Assembly: GCF_006345805.1 (NCBI RefSeq)
Contig: NW_021829916.1
Location: forward strand, 1 to 35,130
DNA length: 35,130 nucleotides
DNA from: Octopus sinensis
Lineage: Eukaryota
Reading direction: 5' to 3'
Notes under the pieces: model-generated
What the model was told of the DNA's origin: nothing
The model's input: the letters and a program-made list of their open reading frames with translations, nothing else
The model's database searches: none
Part shown: positions 10,365 through 21,569 of the stretch, in pieces
How the letters are laid out: each line of letters begins with the position of its first letter
Position numbering within the stretch: position 1 is the stretch's first letter
Translations under genes and position numbers: made by a program

Positions 10365-10510
10365 GACGTGGCTGTGAGCTTCAGAAGTTAGCTTTGCAAC
10401 TCCGTGGTTTTGAGTTCAGACCCAGTGTGACACCTTGAGTAAGCGTCTTCTACTATAGTCCCATAGCAATAAACGCCTTTCGAGCGAATTTGGTAGGTGG
10501 AAACTGTGTC
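10365..10510 (+). mobile_element. Degenerate SINE B head
   Basis: CGTGGCTGTG...GAGTTCAGACCCAGTGTGACACCTTGAGTAAGCGTCTTCTACTATAG, followed by (TATG)n. Confidence 0.75.
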
Positions 10511-10888
10511 GAAATTGTATGTATGTATGTATGTTGGCTGGTTGCTTTTTTTTCTTTGAGTTTAATTTACGTTCTTGATAGAGTTGAAACCGGTCGCTAA
10601 AAAACCAACAAGACATTTTGAGTTAAGAGTGTTCCCGGTGTTTGTAAATATGTCGTTGAGTTGGTGTGTTGGTTGAACTGTCGATGCATACACACAATTG
10701 TGTGCATCTATTCATATAAGAATCTCACATGGAGAATTTTTGGGAATGGCTTTATAAATCGTCACTTTGCTACTAATAGATTGGATTTGGAGAATCCGTA
10801 TCAGTTTCTTTTCCTCATTTTCCGTGAAACCGGGTATTTCTAGGTTCTTGAGCAAATTTGTTGGTACATAACTTGAACCACCTATAAT

Positions 10889-11118
10889 GGCGGCGAGCTG
10901 GCAGAACCATTAGCGCGCGGGGCGAAATGCATAACCGTATTTCGTCTGCTGCTACGTTCTGAGTTCAAATTCCACCGAGGTCGAATTTGCCTTTCATCCT
11001 TTCGGGGTCGATAAATTAAGTACCAGTTACGCACTGGGGTCGATGTAATCGACTTAACCCCTTTGTCTGTCCTTGTTTGTCCCCTCTGTGTTTAGCCCCT
11101 TGTGGGTAGTAAAGAAAT
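10889..11118 (+). mobile_element. Full-length SINE A monomer (tail A)
   Basis: Runs from GGCGGCGAGCTGGCAGAA to CCCCTTGTGGGTAGTAAAGAAATA. Confidence 0.92.
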
Positions 11119-11124
11119 ATATAA

Positions 11125-11535
11125 TGGTAAGCACGAATAAGAATTCATAGTCAGAATAAAAGAGCTATAAGTTCTGCATTAATTCACGATATAACATCCC
11201 AATTTCCCTGGACTTTTGATTGTATATTCGCATCTACTGGGCAGCTGACCTCAACAACAGTGCAAAACTTTTATTGCCTGTCTCACAGAATAATGTCAGA
11301 TTTGTTATGTTTGCACCGAATTGATGTCTTTACTGGGATGTTCCACGAGTATTACTTGTTTTAAAGGTGTAGAATACAAGTTGGTTCTCACGTGACTTGC
11401 ATATATATGACAGGGAAGTTCTTCCAGCGGATGGCATTGTGAATAATCTTGGCAACTATATCATGCCTCGGGGGCAGGTAGAAACTCGTAGACGTCTTGG
11501 GGCGTATTGGGCAGTCTTACACCTGTTTACATAAT
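11125..11535 (-). mobile_element. Relic of an RLE-type (R4/Dong-like) non-LTR retrotransposon: zinc knuckle and restriction-like endonuclease
   Basis: Manual translation gives CPKTSTSFYLPPRHDIVAKIIHNAIR and later KHNKSDIIL*DRQ*KFCTVVEVSCPVDANI, the same domain order as at 18568-19330. Confidence 0.8.
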
Positions 11536-11877
11536 CAAATGCACACACACACACACAAACAAGCACACACACAAACAAACAAACACACACACACACAAAC
11601 ACACAAGCACACGCACACATACACGCACGCACGGATGCATTTGCATATATGTATGTATATTTAGTTAAAAATTTATATATATGCAGAGAAAACATACGTA
11701 AATACATGCATATATACATACTTAGAAATATGTATATTATATATATTATATATATTATTATATATATTATATATATATATATGTATATTATATATATATA
11801 TATTATATATATTATATATATATAATATATATATATCTGTGTGTGTGGTGGTGTATATATATATGTGTGTGTGTATA

Positions 11878-11911
<34 letters not shown>

Positions 11912-11943
11912 ATATATATATATAATATTATATATATATATAC

Positions 11944-12260
11944 GTGAAGGTGCGTGGTTTGGTGGTTAGGGCATTCGGCTCACGACTGTAAGGCCGTAGG
12001 TTCGATTCCCGGTGACGCGTCTTGAGCAAGACACTTTCTTTCACGTTGCTCCAGTCCACTCAGCTGGCAAAAATGAGTTGTACCTGTATTTCAAGGGGCC
12101 AGCCTTGTCACACTCTGTGTCACACTGAATCTCCCTGAGAACTACATTAAGAGTACATGTGTCTGTGGAGTGCGCAGTCACTTGCACGTTAATATCACGA
12201 GCAGGCTGCTCCGTTGATCGTATCAGCTGGGACCCTCATCGTCGTAACCGACGGAGTGCT
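11944..12260 (+). mobile_element. SINE family C (tRNA-like head, TTGAGCAAGACACTT...CCAGTCCACTCAGCTG core)
   Basis: A-box-like TGGTTTGGTGG and B-box GGTTCGATTCC. The core is shared with the copy at 27476. Confidence 0.85.
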
Positions 12261-12988
12261 TCTATAAATATATATATATATATATATTTATACATATGAT
12301 GCGGGCGATTTCTTCCACACTGGTATAGCAGAGTCGACATTTTTTTTATCGCAATATGGAAATTTGGTGGTATCTCTCTTCCTATTATTTAATTTGTAAC
12401 TATCTCCTGTTCCTGATTGGTGGGATGTAATGTATCTATCGCAGGTCCCGGGGTGGCTATTCTTCCAGTCAATGCTGTTGTTGCTCTCGAGCTTATTGGA
12501 CATGCACTCGTGCATTGTTTTTTGCTGGAATGATGTCTGCTCCCCACCACAAGCTTCTGTTTAGATAGTCCAGTCCATTCTCCCTTTGGGTCGCACGAGG
12601 CAGTTTTATTCGTAGAATACCTTCACAGTAATTCTTCTTCAACTCTGAAGATGTCGCTCTCACTCTTGAGTATGCATGGCATATCCAGCGTATGTACGTA
12701 TGTATGTGTGTTGTATGTATGTGCGTGTGTGTGTGTGTGTGTGTGTATCTATATATGCATGTGCGCGTGTGTATGCGTGTATATGTGTATGTACGTACGT
12801 ATGAATGTATGTGTGTATGTATGTACGTATGTATCTGCGTGGGTCTTTCTCTGTGTGTATGTATGTATGTATGTATGTTTGTATGTATGTATGTATGTAT
12901 GTTTGTATGTATGTATGTATGTTTGTATGTATGTATGTATGTATGTATGTATGTATGTATGTATGTATGTATGTTTGTATGTATGCAA

Positions 12989-13216
12989 GGCGGCAAGCTG
13001 ACAGAAACGCTAGCACACCGGGCGAAATGCCTAGCGGTATTTCGTCTGTCTTTACGTTGTGAGTTCAAATTCCGCCGAGGTCGACTTTGCCGTTCATTTT
13101 TTCGGGGTCGATAAATTAACTACCAGTTACGCACTGGGATCAATGTAATTGACTTAATCTCTTTGTCTGTCCTTGCTTGTCCCCTCTATGTTTAGCCCCT
13201 TATGGTCAATAAAGAA

Positions 13217-13218
<2 letters not shown>
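12989..13218 (+). mobile_element. Full-length SINE A monomer (tail A) inside (TATG)n
   Basis: Same sequence as 10889-11118, with (TATG)n immediately on both sides. Confidence 0.92.
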
Positions 13219-13247
<29 letters not shown>

Positions 13248-13304
13248 TGTATGTATGTATGTATGTATGTATGTATGTGCGTGTGTGTGTGTGTATCTTT
13301 TATC

Positions 13305-13525
13305 ATTTTCCTTTTCCTTCTTTCAATCATTGGACTGTGGCCGTGCTGGAGCATCGGACAAATCGACCCCAGTATATATTTTTAAGCCACGCACATATAC
13401 TTTTGGTCTCTTTTTTTTCTTTTTCTTTCATGCCAAGCCACTAAATTAGGGGACGTAAACAAACTGACACCGGTTGTCAAGCGATGGGGTGGGGATGAAC
13501 CAGCACATACACAGACACACACACA

Positions 13526-13560
<35 letters not shown>
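13305..13560 (-). mobile_element. SINE B 3' tail plus (CA)n
   Basis: GACTGTGGCCGTGCTGGAGCA...GGGGACGTAAAC...CCGGTTGTCAAGCGATGG. Confidence 0.8.
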
Positions 13561-13564
<4 letters not shown>

Positions 13565-13566
13565 CA

Positions 13567-14470
13567 CAGTATTGTCCAAAAGTCTTTGGCCACTTTAAAC
13601 TATTGTAAATTTCTGCTAATAGCCAATAGTGGATGTTTCGCCTCGCGTTTTTTACAGATGAAACATTGAACCTGTTGGAGTCATTTCTATACCTAATCGT
13701 TAGATTTTGTAATAGGGGTTCTGAATGAGAGCGGAAGATGCGAGACGACCACCAAAAATGGCTGTGCAAAAGTTATCGGCCATCTCACATAAACCAATCA
13801 AGATACAGTGTTTTAAAATAGAAAAATGTCTATAATGAAAATTTATTACATAATGTTCATTTCAAGAAGTTATTGTACATTGTTAATATTTCGTGTGGCT
13901 TTCTTTGGCTTGAATAATTGCTTTAATGCACCTGGGAAGAGATGCGTACAAATCGTTCACCATCTTCTCAGGTATGAGATGCCATTCTCTGTTGTAGAGT
14001 TCTCAGAACTCTTCAAGAATGTGTAGGTTCTTCTGACGACCTCTTCCCTTTAGTTCTGTCCACATTTGCTCGACGATTTTTAAGTCAGGGCTCTGAGCTG
14101 GCCAATCTTTCAATACGGTAACACCTTCATCAGCCACACTCTGTTGTGTTACACGCGATCTGTGGCATGGAGATCCATCATGCTGAAAAATCTCATGTTC
14201 ATCCAAGCCCGGTACCAAATTGTCCTTCAGCAACTGGATATATTTGGCACTATTCAAGTTACCGTCAATTTTAACCAACTCTCTTGAACCATCACGTTTT
14301 ATGTACCCCCAAAGCATCAAACTCTTACCCCCAAATTTCCCTGTTTTGTCGTGAAACGTGGGTCGTTTCGCTTTCCTGCAGGCTTTCTGACAAATTCTCG
14401 CTTATTATAAAGCGAAACGATCCATATATATGCGGGGATGGGGGCGTATACAAACACGACAGACATTTCT
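13567..14470 (-). mobile_element. Truncated Tc1-family transposon (3' half)
   Basis: ORF 14003-14320 has the Tc1 catalytic motifs MLWG...IFQHDGSPCH...WPAQSPDLKIVE. A TIR-like end CAGTATTGTCCAAAAGTCTTTGGCCAC lies at 13567. No second TIR was found. Confidence 0.88.
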
Positions 14471-14537
14471 CTGAGTTTTAGTCTATTTACATAATATCGT
14501 GGTCTCTTTCATTCTTTTGTTGTCTCACCATTTCTAT

Positions 14538-14577
<40 letters not shown>

Positions 14578-14944
14578 GTATATGTTGTTTGTCATGCATT
14601 CATATACAATGATAGTCAAATATTAACTTTAGGATCACTCAATTCATTCAAGTAGAGTATCAAATTTATATGACAATTAACATTTTCCTTACATACACAT
14701 CCATACATACGCATGAGCGTGTGTATGCGCCTGTATGTGTGATCGTGTGAGTTTGTGTGTGTCTGTGTGTCTGTGTGTCTGTGTGCCTGTGTATACACAT
14801 ACATATAAATATGTATATATATATATATATATATATATGCTTACACATATATGTATCTATACGTGTATATATACATATATATGTTTGAGTGTATATATAT
14901 ATATTATATATATATATATTATATATATATATATATATAAAATA

Positions 14945-15228
14945 CAAAATGAGACAAGAACGCAAAACATCCGGACAGCTAGGTGATAAAAAGAGGGACA
15001 ACAAAACATCCAGATAGACGATACAAAAGAAAAAAAACAAGGACGGGTCATTCGAAGCTTTCTATCCTCAGTCAAGAACCGGATCATCCTCGCAATTTCG
15101 GCTGATTAATCTTTAGATTGCTCCAATCTGGCCAGCCCCATGGAAAAACTAAGCTAAGAGCATTAGATTCCTTGGAAGAAAGCATCGAATGTATGCGAAA
15201 ACAAGGACGGACAAACAGACGATGTTAC

Positions 15229-15235
<7 letters not shown>
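14945..15235. repeat. Unclassified complex-sequence island with internal direct repeats; probable TE fragment
   Basis: AAAACATCC occurs twice, and AAAACAAGGACGG occurs at 15034 and 15198. The island is bounded by (TA)n tracts. Confidence 0.35.
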
Positions 15236-15266
<31 letters not shown>

Positions 15267-15424
15267 ATATATATATATATATGCCTACACATATATGTAT
15301 CTATGTGTATATAGACATGTATATATATCTGTGTGTATACGCCTTTTTCTTTAAAATGTTTCAGCTTCAAAGCTGCACTCATGATGGGGGTACCATATTT
15401 TTAATATATACAACTATATAATCT

Positions 15425-15655
15425 TTTATACTTTTACTGGTTTCAGTTATTAGACTGCGGCCATACCTTGAGTAATTTTAGTCGAAATAATCGGCCCTGT
15501 TCTTTTTGTTTTTAATAACCCTGGTACTCTATTCTATCGATTTTTAAAGCCATACCGCTAGTTTAGTGGGACATAAACACACCAAGACCGGTTGTCAATT
15601 GGTGCTGGTGGTGGTGGTAGTGGACACATACAGACAGAAACACGCACACACATAA
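15425..15655 (-). mobile_element. SINE B 3' tail
   Basis: TTTCAGTTATTAGACTGCGGCCATAC...GGGACATAAACACACC...CCGGTTGTCAA. Confidence 0.75.
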
Positions 15656-15839
15656 TGGGAACAGTTTTTTTTTACAAGAAGCTTCGAGAACAGTCTACGT
15701 TCACCATAATTTCACTCATAAGGTTTCATATATATATGCATATATATATATATATATACATACACATATTCAATATACATATATGCATATATATACATAC
15801 ATACACATATACATACACATATATACACACACACACACA

Positions 15840-15888
<49 letters not shown>

Positions 15889-16048
15889 TATATATATATA
15901 CATAATATACATACACATACATATATTTATATCTATATATATATATATATATATAAATACTTTCATATTTATAAATGTATATACTTTTCCATTGACAGAT
16001 TTAACTATATCTACATGTATACATATACATATAAATACATATATATAT

Positions 16049-16109
<61 letters not shown>

Positions 16110-16239
16110 GGATAAGACCGTTATTAAATAACGATCCAATCAGGTGGCAACATGGGAAGGAAAAGAACTTTATAGGCTATAATTATTATTAAAATCATGA
16201 ATAAGGGTATCTAAGAGATACCCCTACCTATATTTATTA

Positions 16240-16560
16240 TATATTCGGTAGCTTTATCAAATGCCACCGGCCCTCACTTCTGACCCAGCGACATCAGATA
16301 GTGGGGGGAAGTGCGCACGGTAAATAATTGTTGGTTACATGAAAAACCACAGGAAAATTATTTACCATTTTTATTGTATTACCATGTGGATTCCTCATTC
16401 CATTACGATTACCCAGAAGGCGCGCATGGCAGAACTTTGGAGGGAAAATTTACGTTCCCAGTCGTTACTTGGTTTTAACATCTGCGCACTTCCCCCCACT
16501 ATCTGATGTCGCTGGGTCAGAAGTGAGGGCCGGTGGCATTTGATAAAGCTATCGAATATA
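16240..16560. mobile_element. 321-bp foldback/MITE-like element with 78-bp inverted arms
   Basis: 16240-16317 and 16483-16560 are reverse complements at 77/78 positions. Both ends are TATA (a possible TA or TATA TSD). Superfamily not recognised. Confidence 0.7.
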
Positions 16561-16891
16561 GCGCTGATGACGGAATTCAAACTCCCCTTTTTTTATATGT
16601 TTGTGATCCAGAAACACCGTGTTCGCTATTAACGGTAAGTGACTGAATTCGTATATTTGCCACTCCGGTTTTGTGTATGTGAGCCGCAAGGGCCTTCGTT
16701 TTTGGAATCTCCACTTATAGAAATGGAAAAAACGGTCTTTGACTGCCATTTCTAATTCCTTCGGTATGAGGCGAAGCAGCTTGTTGCTAGCCAACTTATT
16801 TTTCTTTACTATATTTATTATATAGATAGATATATATACACACGCACATACATATGCATGTATCTATATGTACCTCTCAGACAATATATTT

Positions 16892-16993
<102 letters not shown>

Positions 16994-17442
16994 GAAAGAC
17001 AATGGGCGAGGATACTTCTTCACTAGACTGAATGGTGAGTTCATTGAAGAGGCTACTTTAAACACTTACTGTTTCATAGCTTTTAGCTGTCCTAAGTGGT
17101 TTTATCTTCGACTGTCATTGATTGCGGCAATACAAACTAACAAACAAACAACATGAATTTAGACAAATGCTTAAACTTAAAGCCTAAGTACATGAACATA
17201 ACGGTGCCATTGTACTCCAACACAATAAGCCTGTTGTTAGAATATCAGAACTAGGTTGTAAACAGAGGGTCCAAGTTCAATCACTCTAAAACCATTGGAG
17301 AGTATACCGGTCGAGATACTAGGCCGGGTTATATCCACGATGATGAAAACAGTCTGGAGAGAAACGTTATTATATGTGAACTAGTTTCATAAAGTAATAT
17401 AGGTGCATCTATATGTTTTTGTTTATGTATGTTTCTATGTGT

Positions 17443-17751
17443 GGCGCAATGACCCAGTGGTTAGGGCAGCGGACTCGCGGCCGGAGGATCGCGGTTTCGA
17501 TTCCCAGACCGAGCGTTGTGTGTGTTTATTGAGCGAAAATACCTAAAAGCTCCACGAGTTTCCGACAGGGGGTGGGGGGTGAAGACCCCTGTTGTACTCT
17601 TTCGCCCCCAACTTTCTCTCTTTCTTCCTGTTTCTTGAGTAACGCTGCGATGGACTGGCGTCCCGTCCAGCCGGGGGGAACACATACGCCACAGAAACTG
17701 AGAAACCGGGCCCATGAACCTGGCTAGGCTTGAAAAGGGCGCATAAAAAAA
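17443..17751 (+). mobile_element. tRNA-derived SINE with a V-domain-like centre
   Basis: Head GGCGCAATGACCCAGTGGTTAGGGCAGCGG...GGTTTCGATTCCC. GCTGCGATGGACTGGCGTCCCGTCCAG at 17644 matches the V-SINE central motif. Ends in an A-run. Confidence 0.8.
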
Positions 17752-17784
17752 TGTTTGTATGTATGCCGCTTTTATCTTCCAATT

Positions 17785-18531
17785 ATTACAAATCTTCCAT
17801 TGAGGAGGGAGCCGGTTTCTAACAAAGATACACGCCTCCGTTTTGGGGATATAATCAACACAGCCAAATTCACATTTGGAACTTAGAAAAGTCTTACATA
17901 TTTTTACTGTTCCACTCATAGATTGTACTTCTAGTGTACAAATTAGCCGGTTGATTTCTCTTTCTGAAAATCCCTGTTTATCAAGATTCTTCTTTAAGCA
18001 TTTACTAACAAAACCTAGTGCTCCAGTTGTTATTGGTATGAATATGAATTCATAGTCTGTGCAGAATATAAGCTACTGGGAAAAACTCAAGAGATTAAAA
18101 CTCTATTCCTTGGAGCGTAGGCGAGAAAGATATGCCATAATATACATCTGGAAGATCCTGGGGGGACTTGTCCCAAACTTTGGCATCGAGAGTTACACAA
18201 ATGCCAGAACTGGGCGTCACTGCGTGGTGCCTAGGACTCCAAATTTGCCATCAAGATGTAGGACAAGATACTGTGATAGCCTGGGCTTCCGAGGCCCACA
18301 GCTCTTCAATATCCTCCCGAAGAACCTAAGAGACCTGCATGGGGTGGATGCAGATGTCTTTAAAATGAAACTGGATCTCTTCTTGTCAGGTATCCCAGAT
18401 GAACCAACTTCACGGCAGGAGGTGCAGATGAGGGCAGCTGCATCGAACTCTCTCATGCACCAAATGGCAGTTGCTAAAAAGCATTCGTTGGCGGTGCCCC
18501 AGCATGGCCACAGCTCGTGAGCTGAAACTAG

Positions 18532-18569
<38 letters not shown>

Positions 18570-19330
18570 ATAGAAGTTGGAGGTTTCGAAGCAGTTGTCC
18601 ATAGATATCCTCTTTTTCTTTGATTTCAAAGAGAACTTTATATCTGCAGGGCAGCTAACCTCTGTAAGGTTCCTCTGTCCCAAACCACTACATCCGGCTT
18701 GTTTTGTTTACATTTGACAGACGTTTGATGGGAATATTCCTCCAGTATTCCTTGAGTTGGTGTTTACGAATGTATTCCATAACAGAGGGATTTTATAAGT
18801 TGATTTCAGGACAGTCTTTTTTTTTTTTTGCGGATGGCATTGTAAATTGTTTTAGCAACAACATCGTGCGGCATAGGGAGATAGTACCGTGACGACATTT
18901 TAAGATAGCTCCTAATCACATGCGTTATGTCTTCTACAGAAACATGACATAGCCTACACATGCGGTTGCACCTTAAGATTACAAACGTGTCACTGTCCCT
19001 CTTGTTCACCAGGTACTTTGTGGCAATCTCCTGTCCCCTGGATTGCAAACGCATAGCCTTCGAAGTGTGATGTGATGTAGTGGTCTTGTGTCCAAGAGAG
19101 GCTGTGCTCCGTGTCAATTCTACTGTCTCCTTCAAGCTTGGGGGCATCATACTCATGCATGGTCTTTTTTTTTTTTTTGTATGCTGAGTGCTTTCCATCC
19201 AGGTCTTCACTGAGGTAAGTGAGCCCAGCTGTTTTGAGGCTGTATAGATCATCAGGAAGGGAGTGCTTTTTGAGGAGCTCACTGCCAACTTGTACAAAGT
19301 TACTCACTACACATTTCAGCACTGCATTTA
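17785..19330 (-). mobile_element. RLE-type (R4/Dong-like) LINE 3' third, interrupted by a CR1-like insertion
   Basis: SHFEGYAFAIQ..QEIATKYLVNKR..CRLCHVSVEDITHV..HDVVAKTIYNAIR (CCHC knuckle), then NKPDVVVWDR..EVSCPADI (PD-(D/E)xK-type nuclease), and after the insertion DYEFIFIPITTGALGFV..GTVKICKTF plus a 3' UTR. Confidence 0.88.
18061..18567 (+). mobile_element. Young 5'-truncated CR1/L2-like LINE 3' end with an (AATC)n tail
   Basis: Uninterrupted 153-aa ORF YWEKLKRLKLYSLERRRERYAIIYIWKIL...GFRGPQLFNILP...LDLFLSGIPDEPT, stop at 18520, and (AATC)n at 18532-18567. Confidence 0.92.
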
Positions 19331-19599
19331 TATATTTATTTTTGCTGCTGTTATTTAGCAGGTCCTATGTATGTATGTATGTATGTATGTATGTATGTAT
19401 GTATGTATGTATGTATGTATGTATGTATGTATGTATGTGTGCATGTATGTATGTGTGTATGTATGTATGTATGTATGTATGTATGTATGTGTGTGTATGT
19501 GTGTATGTATGTATGCATGTATGCATATATCTATGTATGCATGCATGTATGTATAGGCATATGTATGTACATACATGCGTGCATGTATGTATAAGCAAA

Positions 19600-19727
19600 T
19601 GTAGATACATATAAATATATGTGTGGATATGTGTATGGATAGATATAACTATGCATATATACACACACATATATATTATATATTCACTGACATGCATGTG
19701 TGTGCATAAATAGACATATAGACAGAT

Positions 19728-19798
<71 letters not shown>

Positions 19799-20101
19799 CA
19801 GACAAACAGATAGAGACAGACAGATAGACAGACAGACAAACAGATAGAGACAGACAGATAGATATACGTAAAATCATTATGAGCCAAAAGTTTTCAAAAT
19901 CATGTGTAGGTTGTAATAATAATATTTATTCATTAATAGATGTGCGTATATGCATATGTATATACATATAAATGTGTGTGGACGTGTGTATGGATAGATA
20001 TGGCTATGCATATACACTGACACCATATTATATATTATATATTCACTCACATTGAAAAATGTGTGTGTGTGTATGTGCATATAAATAGCTAGCTAGCTAG
20101 C

Positions 20102-20184
<83 letters not shown>

Positions 20185-20197
20185 ACAGACAGAGATT

Positions 20198-20230
<33 letters not shown>

Positions 20231-20295
20231 GTTGTGTAACATAATTATGAACTAAAAGTCGTCAAAATTATGTATAGAGTTTAATAATGTTTACT
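19600..20295. repeat. Diverged tandem duplication, unit about 355-370 bp, each with a (GATA/GACA)n block
   Basis: GTGTATGGATAGATAT at about 19631 and 19986; TTATGA..AAAAGT..TCAAAAT at 19877 and 20245. Confidence 0.75.
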
Positions 20296-21569
20296 CAGTC
20301 GAAGTTTTTTGCTGCTACTCGCAGTTTCGCGGTGTCTCTATCGATCCTACGTCAAAAACTGATTTGTAATGAAAAAAAGATGTATTCGAAATATTCATGA
20401 TCGGAAAGAAACTGTTCCTTTCGTAAACGTAGGTCACATAAGTCATACGCAACAGGCCAACTCACAAAGGGAAAAACTTTGGGTGGAGTGAAATTGAAGG
20501 GTGTTTTCCTTTAAATAAAATGCATTTCTGTTTCACTTAATAAAGTAATTCTCATTTCAGTTTAGCATTCTTGAATCATTTCATTTGATATTTATGAGGA
20601 ATATGAAATGCATAGCATCTACTGTCCAATAACTGTATGCAGAAATGTGACTTTGTCTTATACAGAAACGTGTATGTGGATGCAATGGAGAGAAAAGTGC
20701 ATAGGCAGTGAGATGGCTGAATGGTTAGAACATCGGATTATATATCATGCGGTATTTGTTTCAACTATTTGCACTGTGAGTTCAGATATCACCGATGCCA
20801 ACTTTACATTGCATTTTTCCGTGGTCGACGGTGGAAAAACCTGAAAGAGATGATAACTTCCGATTTATGAATACGGCGAGATTTGAACTAGGAATACAAA
20901 GGGCCAGAAAAATACCGCAACGCTCAAATGATTTTGAGAGCCTGCCACCAAATAATAATGTTTCTTTTTAGACCCAGAATCAGCAGGTTGGGTTGTGATG
21001 TGAGCGTATGGTGGGGCTGACCTCAGTGGAGTCTGAACTCACAATATAAGCGCAGTGATATTTCTCTGTAATTCATAAAAAAAGAATGCTCTCCACATTT
21101 AATTAATTTTAATTAAAACTAACGGGCCCCGTAGAGGTTCCTCGGTGTAAGTCAACATATTTGAACCTCTACTTTCCCTTCAGACAAAACTGAAACAACA
21201 CAAACAAAACCATCACCACCACAGTCAAGCAAACAAGTAAAACTGTACTAACAAAACATACGCAACTTTGTGCTTATCAAAAGGGCCATCAAGGAATTCA
21301 TGGCCCTTGTAACAAAGCAAAGAAATTCAAACAGAAGAGGCGACTTTTAAATCTAGCACATTTCGCGTACCAGAAGATTTGCTTCAGTGCGAATGTCACT
21401 TGATTTCTACAAAGGAATTCCAGAGATCTTTCCTCAGGGCTTGGGAAACCCGAACGTGAAATCCACATCGAGACTTTTAAAGGGGTTCCCAAAAAAACTC
21501 ACACCAATTGTGGAAGTAGAACCACCTGACCATCACAAGACACCTGAAGACAAGTAAACCCTACCTCTG

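Noticed and set aside
10683-10708. 14-bp palindrome CACACAATTGTGTG
   Set aside because: It is easily generated from CA/TG repeats around AATT and has no associated structure.
12300-12690. GC-richer island with fragments (IDWK, YLNR) recalling a GIY-YIG endonuclease
   Set aside because: The motifs are in different frames and in the wrong order. Left unassigned, probably a TE relic.
15042-15080. Second hammerhead-like motif on the minus strand (CTGAGGA...CGAATGAC)
   Set aside because: It has GAAU instead of GAAA, no NUH cleavage triplet and no stem I pairing.
16549-16794. 81-aa minus-strand ORF with ordinary composition
   Set aside because: It starts at TTG, has no recognisable motif or splice support, and its length is within chance expectation.
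16999-17034. Plus-strand 36-nt exon candidate (DNGRGYFFTRLN) with a GTGAGT donor
   Set aside because: The acceptor is a weak AAG after (TCTA)n, and there are no partner exons.
17443-17515. tRNA-gene-like sequences here and at 11949, 22716 and 27476
   Set aside because: A and B boxes are present, but I could not build a complete cloverleaf, and each continues into a SINE body.
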